A stretch of 64,000 nucleotides of DNA from Candidatus Latescibacterota bacterium (GCA_965215195.1 CBDCDC010000002.1:1-64000), one strand, 5' to 3'; positions 19,426-29,509 are shown, numbered from the stretch's first letter. A program made the numbers and translations. Notes: generated by a model not told the origin, from the sequence alone.

Positions 19426-21340
19426 AGCAACCCTGCCGCTAGTACAGCCCTCGGCTTGGGCCGCGTTGGAGCGGCAGCTTTTCCACGTCATGGAGGACGC
19501 CGTCCATCCATTCTTGGAAAAGTACACCCATCCCGATGGCCGCTTGATTTGGCGCGACGGCCTGCGCCACACCCGCGACGGGGCCGACGACTTCTACGAG
19601 AGCTTCTACAACTGGCCGCTGCTGTACTTGCTCGGCGGCGGCGACCATTTGCTCGCCTTGGGTCAGCGGCAGTGGGAGGCGACCACCGAGTTGATGACAG
19701 AGTACGGCCACGTGTACAAGGAATACGAGATCGGCTATGACCAGTTCCACCAGAGCGAGAGCTACATCTACTTCTACCTGCTGTGCATGGCCGACCCAAC
19801 CCACGCCGAGAATGCGGCGCGGGCGCGGCGCTTTGCCGGTTTCTATCTCAACGAAGACCGAGAGGCCCGCAACTACGACCCAGAGCACAAGATCATCAAG
19901 TGCGCCCACAACGGGAGCAAGGGGCCGCGCTGGCTGTACGCAGAGGACGAGGAGCCGTCGTATGGGTACAGCCCGGGGATGGCGCGCTATGGCCTGCCCT
20001 ACGAGGACTTAGCGGGGATTGACGAGCCGGCCGACCTCGAGGATCCGGCCAAGGCGCGGCGCATGGGGCAGGCCATGAAGGAGCGCATGGCTCGGGGCGA
20101 TTGCGCCACCAACCTGCACGTCACCTCCCTGATCGCCAACGCATTTTACCTAACTGGCGACGACAAATACCGCGCTTGGCTGCTCGAATACGTGGATGCG
20201 TGGGTCGAACGGGCCAAGGCCAATGGGGGCCTGTTGCCCGACAACGTGGGGCTGAGCGGGCAGGTCGGAGAATACATGGACGGACGCTGGTATGGGAGCA
20301 TGTATGGCTGGACGTGGCCGCACGGGTTGTACAACATCGCCATGGCCGCCATTTTGGCCGGGACCCATTGCTATGTGCTGACCGGCGAGGAAAAGTATCT
20401 CGAACTGCCCCGCACCCAGCTCAGAAAGGTGCTAGAGCAGGGGAAAATGGCCGACTTGGGCCAAATCGAGATGAGCTTGGGCGAGCACTGGATCGGCCAG
20501 CTAACCGCGCTCGGCGACGACAAGGTCAGCTTTGTGGTGCCCTATTGCTACGGGGCCAAGGGGTGGTCGGACTTCCAGCCGTTAGCGGCCATGTATCCGG
20601 CCGCGCTGTGGAACGCGAGCGGGGCGGCCGTCGACTGGGAGATGCTCGAAGCGCTGCGCGCCAAAGAGCGCTACGACTGGTGCGCGGTCGTGCCGTTCCA
20701 CAACAAAGAGGACGCTTACCACGAGCCGCCGTGGTTTTGCTATCTCAAGGGCGAAAACCCCGACTACCCGGTGCAGATCCTCCAGGCCGCCTTAGCCCAA
20801 GTCTATCGCCGGCTAGAACTTATCCGCCGCGACAAAACCGACCCCCGCGACAACCACATCCACTGGTGGCAGCAGCTAAACCCGGTGACGACCGAGGCAC
20901 TCATTCAGCTAACCTTGGGTGCGCCGCAGCTCCTGTACAACGGCGGCATCTTAATGGCCCCGCTGCGCTACTTTGACGCCGAGCGCAAGCGCCCGGGCCT
21001 GCCAGCGGATGTGGCCGCGCTCGTCGAGACTGTAGAGCGGGATCGCCTCGTGGTCCACTTGGTGAACTTGAGTGCAATGGACGCCCGCAAGGTGCTGCTG
21101 CAAGCCGGCACCTTGGCCGAGCATCGGTTTGCAGAGGTCGCGTACAACACCTTGCAAAGCGCGTACCCGGGCACGGTGGGAAGCTATGCTGCGCCGCCCG
21201 TGGAGCAGGCGAGCAAGCGCGTTGCCGTACATGACGCGCACTTTGCAGTGGCCTTGCCACCGGGGACTGAAATCCGCCTCGAAATCGGCTTGCAGCGGCA
21301 CGTGAACGGGCCGACATACGACTTGCCGGCGACTTGGTAA
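19412..21340 (+). CDS. Conserved hypothetical protein (probable alpha/alpha toroid enzyme)
   Basis: 642-aa ORF with host codon usage; DGADDFYESF, aromatic-rich helices. Confidence 0.7.
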   Translation: MLAIEATLPLVQPSAWAALERQLFHVMEDAVHPFLEKYTHPDGRLIWRDGLRHTRDGADDFYESFYNWPLLYLLGGGDHLLALGQRQWEATTELMTEYGHVYKEYEIGYDQFHQSESYIYFYLLCMADPTHAENAARARRFAGFYLNEDREARNYDPEHKIIKCAHNGSKGPRWLYAEDEEPSYGYSPGMARYGLPYEDLAGIDEPADLEDPAKARRMGQAMKERMARGDCATNLHVTSLIANAFYLTGDDKYRAWLLEYVDAWVERAKANGGLLPDNVGLSGQVGEYMDGRWYGSMYGWTWPHGLYNIAMAAILAGTHCYVLTGEEKYLELPRTQLRKVLEQGKMADLGQIEMSLGEHWIGQLTALGDDKVSFVVPYCYGAKGWSDFQPLAAMYPAALWNASGAAVDWEMLEALRAKERYDWCAVVPFHNKEDAYHEPPWFCYLKGENPDYPVQILQAALAQVYRRLELIRRDKTDPRDNHIHWWQQLNPVTTEALIQLTLGAPQLLYNGGILMAPLRYFDAERKRPGLPADVAALVETVERDRLVVHLVNLSAMDARKVLLQAGTLAEHRFAEVAYNTLQSAYPGTVGSYAAPPVEQASKRVAVHDAHFAVALPPGTEIRLEIGLQRHVNGPTYDLPATW

Positions 21341-21397
21341 GGACGCGGGCGATAATTGCCGGCTGTACGAGTATCATTAATTGAATTAGGAGAAAAC

Positions 21398-22366
21398 ATG
21401 GATTACGTGCGATTGGGACGGGCCGGGGTCAAGGTTTCGCGGCTGTGTTTGGGCACGGCCTTCCGGGGATATTGGCACGGGCACACGGACGCGGCGACCG
21501 CCGTGCGCACGGTCGAGACCGCCCTCGACTTGGGGTGCAATTTCCTCGATTGCGCCAACTACTACTTTCAGGGCCGCTGCGAGGAGTTGTTGGGCAAGGC
21601 CATCAAGGGCAAGCGCGACGATTTGGTAATCACGACCAAGGTCTGGAGCCAAATAGGCGACGGCCCCAACGACCGCGGCCTGTCGCGCTTTGCCATCATG
21701 CGCGAGATCGAGCGGTCGCTGAAGCGACTGGCCACGGATTACGTGGACCTTTACTTGCTGCACAACTGGGATGCAGACACCGAACTCGACGAGACCCTGC
21801 GGGCGTTTGACGACTTGGTGCGGCAGGGCAAGGTGCGCTATGTGGGGGCCTGCAACTTTACCGCCGCCCAAGTGGTAGAGGCGCTGTGGGCGGCCGATCG
21901 CGGGGGATTCGACCCGCTGTTCACCCTGCAAAATCAGTACAACCTATTGCAGCGCTGGGAAGTGGAGCCGGAGCTGTTGCCTTTGTGCCGGCGGCACGGC
22001 CTCGGTATGATGACCTATAGTCCGCTGGCCGTCGGCCTGTTGAGCGGCCGCTTTAGGCGCGGGCAAAAGCCGCCGGCCGACAGCCCTTGGCAGGACGATG
22101 CGCGGTTTGCCGCGGCCATGAGCGAAAAAGCCGAGCGAATCGTGCAGAAGCTGATCGAGATCGGTCGGGCCCAGGGCAAGACCCCAGCACAGGTGGCCAT
22201 CGCTTGGATATTGGCCAACGAGGATGTTACTGCGCCGATCATCGGCCCAGACCGCCCCGAGCACGTGGCGGAGGTCTTTGGGGCGCTGGAGGTGGAGTTG
22301 GGGGAGGAGGAATTGGCGGCTCTAGATGCGCTCTCGCGCTGGACGCCGCTGGGGCGGACGCATTAG
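21398..22366 (+). CDS. Aldo/keto reductase
   Basis: VSRLCLGT, DCANYY, SLKRLATDYVDLY, GKVRYVG, YSPLA.G. Confidence 0.93.
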   Translation: MDYVRLGRAGVKVSRLCLGTAFRGYWHGHTDAATAVRTVETALDLGCNFLDCANYYFQGRCEELLGKAIKGKRDDLVITTKVWSQIGDGPNDRGLSRFAIMREIERSLKRLATDYVDLYLLHNWDADTELDETLRAFDDLVRQGKVRYVGACNFTAAQVVEALWAADRGGFDPLFTLQNQYNLLQRWEVEPELLPLCRRHGLGMMTYSPLAVGLLSGRFRRGQKPPADSPWQDDARFAAAMSEKAERIVQKLIEIGRAQGKTPAQVAIAWILANEDVTAPIIGPDRPEHVAEVFGALEVELGEEELAALDALSRWTPLGRTH

Positions 22367-22474
22367 CTGCTGCGGCCAGCTCAGTCCGCCGTGAGCTCGC
22401 GCACGGCAGACCTCTAAAAACGCAAAAAAGGGGTTCAACGACCCGAAGCTGTCGAACGGCGGTGCTGTGCCGCG

Positions 22475-23398
22475 CTACAGTTTGCGCAGGCGGATGGACC
22501 CGCCCGAGGTGCGCAGGGTCATCAAGGGACCACCGCCGTTGATCGCGGCCTTGAGGCTGTTTTTGTCCAGCGTGCCTACTACCGGGAAGTCGGTGGAGAC
22601 GCGCCCACCCGACGTGCGGGCGTCCACCTGCAAACCGATGTCCGAAGCGAGGGAGACCTCTACGTTGCCGCCCGAAGTCTTGAGGTGGCAGGGACCGTGA
22701 GGCTGCTGCGAGAGTTGGGCGCGAATGGACCCACCCGACGTCCGAGCCTCGATAGGCCCGAGCACTTCATCCACTTTGATAGAGCCGCCCGAGGTCTTGG
22801 CCTGCACCGAGCCTTGGGCTCGGCTAATGTGGATGGACCCGCCCGAGGTCTTAGCTCGCACCTCCCCTTCTACCTCTCCAATGCGGATGGAGCCCCCCGA
22901 AGTGGACACCGACGCCGTACCGGAGCAGCCTTTTAGCGAGATGGACCCACCCGAAGTTTTGCCCTCGAGCGGCCCTTCGATGTGGCCAAAGCTCAGATTG
23001 CCGCCCGAAGTTTGGGCCGAGACGCGGCCCTGAAGATCGTCTATCTCAATGCCACCGCCGGAGGTGCTCAGTTCCAAGTCGTGCCGGCGCGGCACTGTGA
23101 GGCGGAACAGGGGGGCGCGTCCTGTCGCAAGCCCGAAGAAGTCGGACAGGCCGGTATCTTTTTTGCGGCCCCGGATGGTCGTGGTCCCCGCCTCTTGGTC
23201 GTATGCTAGATCGAGTTTATCGGCTCGTTCCACGACCAACTCCACCTCGGGGCGATCCCAAGTATGGACCTCAATGGCACTCCATTCGGTGTCCACTATT
23301 AGGCGGTCGCCCGGCACCACGTCAAAGGACTGGTGCGCGGTGTCGGCGTGGGCGGCTATTGTGGCGAAGAGCGCCGACGATAAGAGCAGATATTTCAT
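22475..23398 (-). CDS. DUF4097-like beta-strand repeat protein (secreted)
   Basis: Signal peptide; many repeated TSGG.I motifs. Confidence 0.85.
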   Translation of the reverse strand: MKYLLLSSALFATIAAHADTAHQSFDVVPGDRLIVDTEWSAIEVHTWDRPEVELVVERADKLDLAYDQEAGTTTIRGRKKDTGLSDFFGLATGRAPLFRLTVPRRHDLELSTSGGGIEIDDLQGRVSAQTSGGNLSFGHIEGPLEGKTSGGSISLKGCSGTASVSTSGGSIRIGEVEGEVRAKTSGGSIHISRAQGSVQAKTSGGSIKVDEVLGPIEARTSGGSIRAQLSQQPHGPCHLKTSGGNVEVSLASDIGLQVDARTSGGRVSTDFPVVGTLDKNSLKAAINGGGPLMTLRTSGGSIRLRKL

Positions 23399-23668
23399 TG
23401 TGAGCCTCCTTGCAGCATGGAAAGGGTTTTGGGGTATTAAATAGCTTGTCTCGCTCCTGTGCAAATTGTTGCTTTTTCTTCGCTTGGAAAATCGGCGCTG
23501 CGCGCATCGCCCAACTTGAGCAGTACGCCAGAGACGGCGCGTGGTCCTTGCTCGGCGATTGTCCTCTCGGACCGCCCATACTTCCGATTGGGAACAAGTC
23601 CGTCATTTCTATATTTTAATGGCATACCGCTCGGCAATTTCAACCCAATATCACCGGAAGGCTTTTTC

Positions 23669-23968
23669 ATGTCCGCAGTGCAAGACATTCTAGTATTTTT
23701 TCAGACCACGCCCGCGCTCGACGCCCAAGTTGTAGCTTGGGCACGCTACGAAGCCTCCAAGGGCACGGGCCTAGGCGACTTGGTCGAGGAGAGCGATCCT
23801 CCCTACCCAAACGCCGTGGCGGCCATGCGCGACGGCTGGCAAGTCATCCAGATGTCGGAACTCAAACATCGCCCGCCCAAAGAAGGCTATGAACTGGGGC
23901 CGCTGCCCTACCAGATCGTGCTGTCAAAATTCAACGAGCTGCAAAAAGAGGAAGGAGCCATATCGTGA
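23669..23968 (+). CDS. Small hypothetical protein coupled to PhyH gene
   Basis: 99 aa, GTGA overlap with downstream gene; PPYP...AMRDGWQVIQ. Confidence 0.65.
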   Translation: MSAVQDILVFFQTTPALDAQVVAWARYEASKGTGLGDLVEESDPPYPNAVAAMRDGWQVIQMSELKHRPPKEGYELGPLPYQIVLSKFNELQKEEGAIS

Positions 23969-24774
23969 AAGAGCATCTTTTGAACTCCAAGCAGATGGCG
24001 CAATTCGTGGCCTCGGGGTATTTGAAGTTCCAAGAAATGGTGCCCAAAGATTTGTGCCGAGCCTGCCTTGAGGAAATGCACCACAACAAGGGCTATCTCG
24101 CCGTGGGGACCCCCTTTGAGGCGACTTGGCCCAAAGGCACGGCTTTGGGCGATGCGTTCCGCCTGCCGCAGGTGCAGGGACTCATCCACTCCTTGGTCGG
24201 CCCCGATCCCCTGTACGACCACCACGCCGCGCACTTGACCAAGGCCGAACAAACCAAGGGCCCCAATATGCACCAAGACTCGGTCATCGACTTCCGCGAC
24301 CATTACTTCGACATCCAGCTATCGCTGTTCCCCGCGAATACGACAGACGAGATGGGCGGTACTTTCTTGGTGCCGGGAACGCAATTCCGCAATGTGCGCA
24401 CCGGGGAAATCTCCATTTACCACCACATGCGCGGCAAGGTCTGGGCGACCTGCCCGGCGGGGACCATGTACGTGTGGAACACCCGCGTCTGGCACGGGGC
24501 GCGCAGCAACTACACGGCTCGGGATCGCTTCATGTACAAGTTGCGGCTCAACCCGACGCAGCCGCAGGTCTGCAACTTTGACACCGCGGATCTGGACGAC
24601 CCTGAGATCGGTCGCATCCTATCGACCAACCACGGCTGGGAGGGCAACGAGCATCGCTACGAACTGATGCAGCGCGTGCGCTTGTGGCGCTTTGTCTCCG
24701 ACCAGCCAAACTACGATGTGGGCGAGCGCTTCATGCGGCGCATTGAGTACCAGCCCGGCGCGGCCGCAGGCTAA
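23965..24774 (+). CDS. Phytanoyl-CoA dioxygenase (PhyH) family protein
   Basis: F..SGYL, HQD...WHGA Fe(II)/2OG triad. Confidence 0.85.
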   Translation: MKEHLLNSKQMAQFVASGYLKFQEMVPKDLCRACLEEMHHNKGYLAVGTPFEATWPKGTALGDAFRLPQVQGLIHSLVGPDPLYDHHAAHLTKAEQTKGPNMHQDSVIDFRDHYFDIQLSLFPANTTDEMGGTFLVPGTQFRNVRTGEISIYHHMRGKVWATCPAGTMYVWNTRVWHGARSNYTARDRFMYKLRLNPTQPQVCNFDTADLDDPEIGRILSTNHGWEGNEHRYELMQRVRLWRFVSDQPNYDVGERFMRRIEYQPGAAAG

Positions 24775-26513
24775 TGATTGTAGAAAGTCCAGTGCTGCTG
24801 TCGTCTTATACCCGCTGCGGGCAGGAGCGTTCCTTTGCGTTTGCCCATCCGGTGGGCGAGGTGGTGGCTACAGCCGCAGACGAGGTGCGTCCGGCCCTCA
24901 GCGCGGTGGAGCGAGCAGTGGAGCAAGGGCAGCACGCCGCGGGCTTTGTCTGCTACGAGGCCGCGGCCGGTTTGGACCCGGCCTTTGCCACCCACCCCGC
25001 TGGTGCGCTCCCCTTGGCTTACTTTGGCCTCTTTGCGGAGCGGACGCTGGCAGCCGCGCCTAGCGCTGGCTTGGGCACCTACGAATTGGACGAGTGGCGG
25101 CCATCGGTGTCGCGAGCGGAATACGAGGCCGCCATCGAGCGCATCCGCACCTATATTGCGGCCGGCGACACGTACCAAGTCAACTACACCTTGCGCTTGC
25201 ACAGCCGCTTTCGGGGCGATCCGCAGGCCCTGTACCGCGACATGGGGCAGGTGCAGGAATCGGCGTTGTGCGCGTATTTCGACTTGGGCCGGCACGTGCT
25301 GATCTCGGCGTCGCCCGAGCTGTTCTTCCGCCTGCGCGACGGGCGTTGCACGGTGCGGCCCATGAAGGGAACCCGGCCGCGGGGCCGCTTTGCCGCCGAG
25401 GATCAGCAGCGGGCCGACGAGCTGCAAAAGTCCGCCAAGGACCGCGCCGAGAACCTGATGGTCGCGGATATGTTGCGCAACGACTTGGGGCGCATCTCGC
25501 AAGTCGGCAGCGTGGCGGTGCCGGCCCTGTGGTCGGTCGAGCGCTATCCCACGGTGTGGCAGCTAACTTCCACCGTGGAAAGCCAACTCACAGCCGGCGC
25601 GAGCTTGCCCGACATCTTTGCCGCGCTCTTTCCCTGCGGCTCGGTGACTGGCGCACCCAAGGTGCGGACCATGGAAATCATCGCCGAGCTGGAGCGCGCC
25701 CCGCGCGGCATGTACACCGGCTGCATGGGCTATGTGTCGCCCGGACCGGAGGCGTGTTTCAACGTGGCGATTCGCACGGCGCATCTCGATCGGGAGCAGG
25801 GGCGGCTCGAATTTGGCGTGGGCGGCGGGATCGTCTGGGCATCGTCGGCGGCCGAAGAATACGCCGAATGCCTCATCAAGGCCGAGGTCTTGCGCACCCG
25901 GCCGCACCCCTCGTTTGAATTGTTGGAGACGCTGCTGTACGAAGAGGAGGAATACTTCCTGTTAGAGCGGCATTTAGAGCGATTGTCGCAGTCGGCAGCG
26001 CACTGGGGGTTTTGCTACGCGGACGACCGCGTGCGGGCGCAGTTGCAAGACGCAGCTAAGGCTATGGAGGGCCAGTGTAGGGTGCGCTTGCGGCTGGCGC
26101 GCAACGGCGCGGTGCGCTTGCAGCACGAGACGCTGGCACGGCCGCGGCCGTTGCGGGTGGCTCTGGCGGCCGAGCCGGTCGATAGCACGGACCCCTTGCT
26201 GTACCACAAGACGACTCACCGGGCCCTGTACGACCAGCACTTGGCGGCCCGCCCGGATTGCGACGACGTGGTGCTGTACAACGAGCGCGGCGAGCTGACC
26301 GAGTGCTGCATTGGCAACTTGGTGCTGGAGTGCGATGGCGTCCGCTACACGCCCCCGGTCGAATCCGGGCTGTTGGCCGGCACGTTCCGCGCCGAGCTAT
26401 TGGCGCAGGGTCAACTCCGCGAACGCCCATTGCCCTTCGGCGAATTGGCGCGGGCCGACGCCCTTTACCTTATTAATTCGGTGCGGCGCTGGGTCAAACT
26501 GGAACTCGTCTAA
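24774..26513 (+). CDS. pabB: Aminodeoxychorismate synthase component I fused to class IV aminotransferase (PabB-PabC)
   Basis: YQVNYT, SPELF, PMKGT, AENLM..D.LRNDL, PCGSVTGAPK; C-terminal YHKTT, GLLAGTFR. Confidence 0.9.
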   Translation: MIVESPVLLSSYTRCGQERSFAFAHPVGEVVATAADEVRPALSAVERAVEQGQHAAGFVCYEAAAGLDPAFATHPAGALPLAYFGLFAERTLAAAPSAGLGTYELDEWRPSVSRAEYEAAIERIRTYIAAGDTYQVNYTLRLHSRFRGDPQALYRDMGQVQESALCAYFDLGRHVLISASPELFFRLRDGRCTVRPMKGTRPRGRFAAEDQQRADELQKSAKDRAENLMVADMLRNDLGRISQVGSVAVPALWSVERYPTVWQLTSTVESQLTAGASLPDIFAALFPCGSVTGAPKVRTMEIIAELERAPRGMYTGCMGYVSPGPEACFNVAIRTAHLDREQGRLEFGVGGGIVWASSAAEEYAECLIKAEVLRTRPHPSFELLETLLYEEEEYFLLERHLERLSQSAAHWGFCYADDRVRAQLQDAAKAMEGQCRVRLRLARNGAVRLQHETLARPRPLRVALAAEPVDSTDPLLYHKTTHRALYDQHLAARPDCDDVVLYNERGELTECCIGNLVLECDGVRYTPPVESGLLAGTFRAELLAQGQLRERPLPFGELARADALYLINSVRRWVKLELV

Positions 26514-26525
26514 AGGAGCGCATTC

Positions 26526-27695
26526 ATGTATCGCATTGGCCAAGCAGAAATCAAGCAGCTACAGCGGCTATTCGACAGCGGCGCGATCTTCCGCTATGGA
26601 GCGGGGGGGGAGTGCGACCGCTTTGAGAGGAACTGGGCGCGCTACGTGGGCGTAGAGCACTGTCGGATGACTCGCTCGGGAACTTCGGCCCTGTACGCAG
26701 CACTGGTGGGATTGGGCGTGGGGCCGGGGGATCAGGTGATTGTGCCCGCCTATACCTACATGGCGACCGCCTTGGCGGTGCTGGGGGCCGGGGCCATTCC
26801 GGTAATCGCGGATGTAGATACGTCTTTAACACTGTGCCCCAAGGATTTAAGGCGCCGCATTACCAAGCACACCAAGGCGATTATTCCGGTCCACATGGTC
26901 GGCCTGCCCTGCGATATGAAGCGAATTGCCAAGATCGCCCACAAACGCAACTTGCTCGTTCTCGAAGACGCCTGTCAGGCCGTGGGCGGCGGGTACGAGG
27001 GCCGGATGCTGGGCAGTTGGGGCCACGCCGGCGCGTTTAGTTTCAACTTCTTCAAGAACATGACCTGCGGCGAGGGCGGGGCTTTTGTAACCAATGCCGA
27101 GGCCGTGCATCAGCGCGGCTCGGTGGCAGTGGATTGCTGCTCCTTTTACTGGAACCCCGACGAAGAGCGCGAAGAGCTGCAATTTGCCGGCCCTAACTTC
27201 CGGGCCTCTGAGGTTGAGGGGGCCATACTCAACGTGCAATTGCGGCGGATCCGGGGGATGCTCAAGACCATGCGCGCCCACAAGCAGGAATTGCTACAGG
27301 TCGGGCTGGAGGCCGGGTTGGAGTCGATAAAAAACAACAGCTTGGACTACGAGTGCGGCACCCACTTGGGCTTTTTGTTTGCCACCGAGGACGAGGCGCG
27401 TTCCTTTTGCAACCGATTGGCCGCAAAAGACGTGCGCTCCTTTTTGCCCATGGATACCGGCCGCCACGTCTATACGCGCTGGGAGCCTATTTTGCGCTAC
27501 CAAGGCGCGCACCATCCAGCGCTCAATCCCTTTAAGCTGCCGGCCAACCGCAAGGCGCGGGTCAAATACAAGCTAAATACGTGTCAGGACTCGCTCGCCA
27601 TTTTGGTACGCGCCGTCTTGGTGCCCATGCACCCGAACAACACCAAGGCCAAGGTGCGGAAGATGGGCGAAGCACTCCGAGCGGCCGCGGGCTGA
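26526..27695 (+). CDS. DegT/DnrJ/EryC1/StrS family PLP aminotransferase
   Basis: SGTSAL, TKAIIPVH, EDACQA, SFNFFKNMTCGEGG. Confidence 0.92.
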   Translation: MYRIGQAEIKQLQRLFDSGAIFRYGAGGECDRFERNWARYVGVEHCRMTRSGTSALYAALVGLGVGPGDQVIVPAYTYMATALAVLGAGAIPVIADVDTSLTLCPKDLRRRITKHTKAIIPVHMVGLPCDMKRIAKIAHKRNLLVLEDACQAVGGGYEGRMLGSWGHAGAFSFNFFKNMTCGEGGAFVTNAEAVHQRGSVAVDCCSFYWNPDEEREELQFAGPNFRASEVEGAILNVQLRRIRGMLKTMRAHKQELLQVGLEAGLESIKNNSLDYECGTHLGFLFATEDEARSFCNRLAAKDVRSFLPMDTGRHVYTRWEPILRYQGAHHPALNPFKLPANRKARVKYKLNTCQDSLAILVRAVLVPMHPNNTKAKVRKMGEALRAAAG

Positions 27696-27711
27696 GACCA
27701 GCGATTCCCCT

Positions 27712-27799
27712 CGGAACGAGGTCGTCTCGCCCTCGCAAGACGCGTACCGCGAAGGCGGAACGAGGGCGTCTTGCCCTCGCAAAACGTGTGCCGCGAAGG
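27712..27799. repeat. Two tandem 44-bp units each with a REP-like hairpin
   Basis: CGGAACGAGG.CGTCT.GCCCTCGCAA..CG.G..CCGCGAAGG at 27712-27755 and 27756-27799. Confidence 0.85.
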
Positions 27800-27911
27800 A
27801 CACTCGACAACGCCGCGCTTCACCGCGCCTTTAGGCGCGACAAGCCTCGTCGGCCCCGATCAGGCCGGCCGCGGCCATCCGTCTAGGCGCCGAGGCGGCT
27901 AACTGCGTAAC

Positions 27912-28063
27912 CTTAGTACACGACCCCTAAAGTAGGCGACCCTTACTTTGAGTACGCCTTTTCTGCTGTTTCCGCTGGGTGCGGGATCGAGGGCGTCCCG
28001 CCCTCGCCGAGGGCAAGATGCCCTCGATCCTTGGCCGGCTGAGGGCTGGTGTCGTGTAGTAAG
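27912..28063. mobile_element. 152-bp MITE (family A)
   Basis: TIR CTTA(G/C)TACACGAC(C/A)CC; 9-bp TSD CTGCGTAAC at 27903-27911 and 28064-28072; near-identical inverted copy at 50409-50560. Confidence 0.92.
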
Positions 28064-28099
28064 CTGCGTAACATACACTAATGCCTTCACACCGGACCG

Positions 28100-29044
28100 A
28101 TGATCATGCTATGGAAAAGAGTCCTGCAGCGCAGCTGCATCAAGTATGGGATCCTGTTTCTCTTGGCCGCTTGCGGCGGTAGCAGTACCACGGGCGATGG
28201 CGGCGCTTCGGGAAGTGGTAACGGCGGTGCTTGCGCCGCGCCGACTGTTGCTGTGAGCCAGACGCTTGCGGAAATCGCGGTGGATGGGGTTCGGAGGCAA
28301 TACCGGCTATCGGTCCCTCAGGCCGACGCCGGGGTGGCCTTGCCAGTGCTCATGGCCTTTCACGGTGGCGATGGCCGCGACTATCCGTTTCCACAGCAGC
28401 AGGAATTTGAAGAGTTGGTGGAGGCGGAGGGGGTGATCGCGGTCTATCCATTGTCCGAACTCGTGCCAGCCAACGAGGGCGAGTGGCAACTCAACACCAG
28501 CGAAAGTTCCACGCAAGACATCGACTTCGTCGAGGCGTTGATCGACGACCTCTCCGCGCGCTACTGCGTGGATGCAAATCGCATCTACGCAACCGGCTAC
28601 TCACTCGGTTCGATGTTCACCTACGAGTTGGCCTGTCATTTGAACTCCCGTTTCGCGGCCATCGCCTCTTTCGCTGGCACCATGCCGGTGGAACCCAATT
28701 CCTGTGTGCTCGAGGACAACGTGCCCATCCTGCACATTCACGGTCGAGATGACTCGATCATCTCGTACGACAGTGCATGGGATTGGAAGGCATGGGATTC
28801 CGTCGGAACGATGATGGACATTCCCAGTCTCATCCAATTTTGGAGTGAGCAATACAACTGCCAGAATGAGAGCGAAACGCAGTCGGGCTCGGTGCTGCAC
28901 ATCGTCCATGACGCTTGCGATGCGGGAGTGCGCGTGGAGCACTATCGGCTGACTGGGGTGGGGCACGGATGGCCCGACACCATTAGCGGTGGGTCCACCC
29001 ACGAGGTGATTTGGAACTTTGTGAGTGAATTCACCAAGCCTTAG
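28100..29044 (+). CDS. PHB-depolymerase/LpqP-like esterase lipoprotein
   Basis: Lipobox LAAC; FHGG, GYSLG nucleophile elbow, HG.DD, GHGWP. Confidence 0.85.
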   Translation: MIMLWKRVLQRSCIKYGILFLLAACGGSSTTGDGGASGSGNGGACAAPTVAVSQTLAEIAVDGVRRQYRLSVPQADAGVALPVLMAFHGGDGRDYPFPQQQEFEELVEAEGVIAVYPLSELVPANEGEWQLNTSESSTQDIDFVEALIDDLSARYCVDANRIYATGYSLGSMFTYELACHLNSRFAAIASFAGTMPVEPNSCVLEDNVPILHIHGRDDSIISYDSAWDWKAWDSVGTMMDIPSLIQFWSEQYNCQNESETQSGSVLHIVHDACDAGVRVEHYRLTGVGHGWPDTISGGSTHEVIWNFVSEFTKP

Positions 29045-29106
29045 GTTGACTCAATACACCAGATGAGCAGTTGGAAAGCTGGAGAGCAATTGTGACCATT
29101 AGAGAA

Positions 29107-29484
29107 ATGACTGCCCAAGAGCACACTCAGACCGCCTTGGATTTTCTGGAGGCCTCTGATCGGGAATTTGCCGCTGGCGAGCGCTTACAGGCTTCGGAGA
29201 AGCTCTATGGGGCTGCCACGCACATCGCAACCGCCATTGCCCAACAGCGGGATTGGCAGTACCGCAGCCACCGCGCTATGAAAAACGCCATTTTCCGGCT
29301 GGAGCAGGAATATGGCGACCCTCTCATTCTCGCTGGATTTTTGGCGGCGGAAGACTTCCACAACGATATGGAAGAATACGAGATTGAACAGGAACGCCCG
29401 CTAGTCCATCGCTTCATCTCCCGGATGCTGGCCCTGCTCAACGAGACCCCCAGCACCGATCCCGACCGCGCTGCTCAGCGATAG
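29107..29484 (+). CDS. PaREP1/HEPN-like protein (possibly internally deleted)
   Basis: A..FL..SD.EF..G..LQASEKL.GA and SHR motifs. Confidence 0.7.
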   Translation: MTAQEHTQTALDFLEASDREFAAGERLQASEKLYGAATHIATAIAQQRDWQYRSHRAMKNAIFRLEQEYGDPLILAGFLAAEDFHNDMEEYEIEQERPLVHRFISRMLALLNETPSTDPDRAAQR

Positions 29485-29509
29485 ACGGAGACGAGGGATA
29501 GTGCTCGGC

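Noticed and set aside
22372-22473. Imperfect long inverted repeat between convergent AKR and DUF4097 genes
   Set aside because: Compatible with an ordinary terminator or decayed repeat; no TSD or second copy in the window
27712-27799. Possible CRISPR array
   Set aside because: Only two contiguous units, no unique spacers, no cas genes
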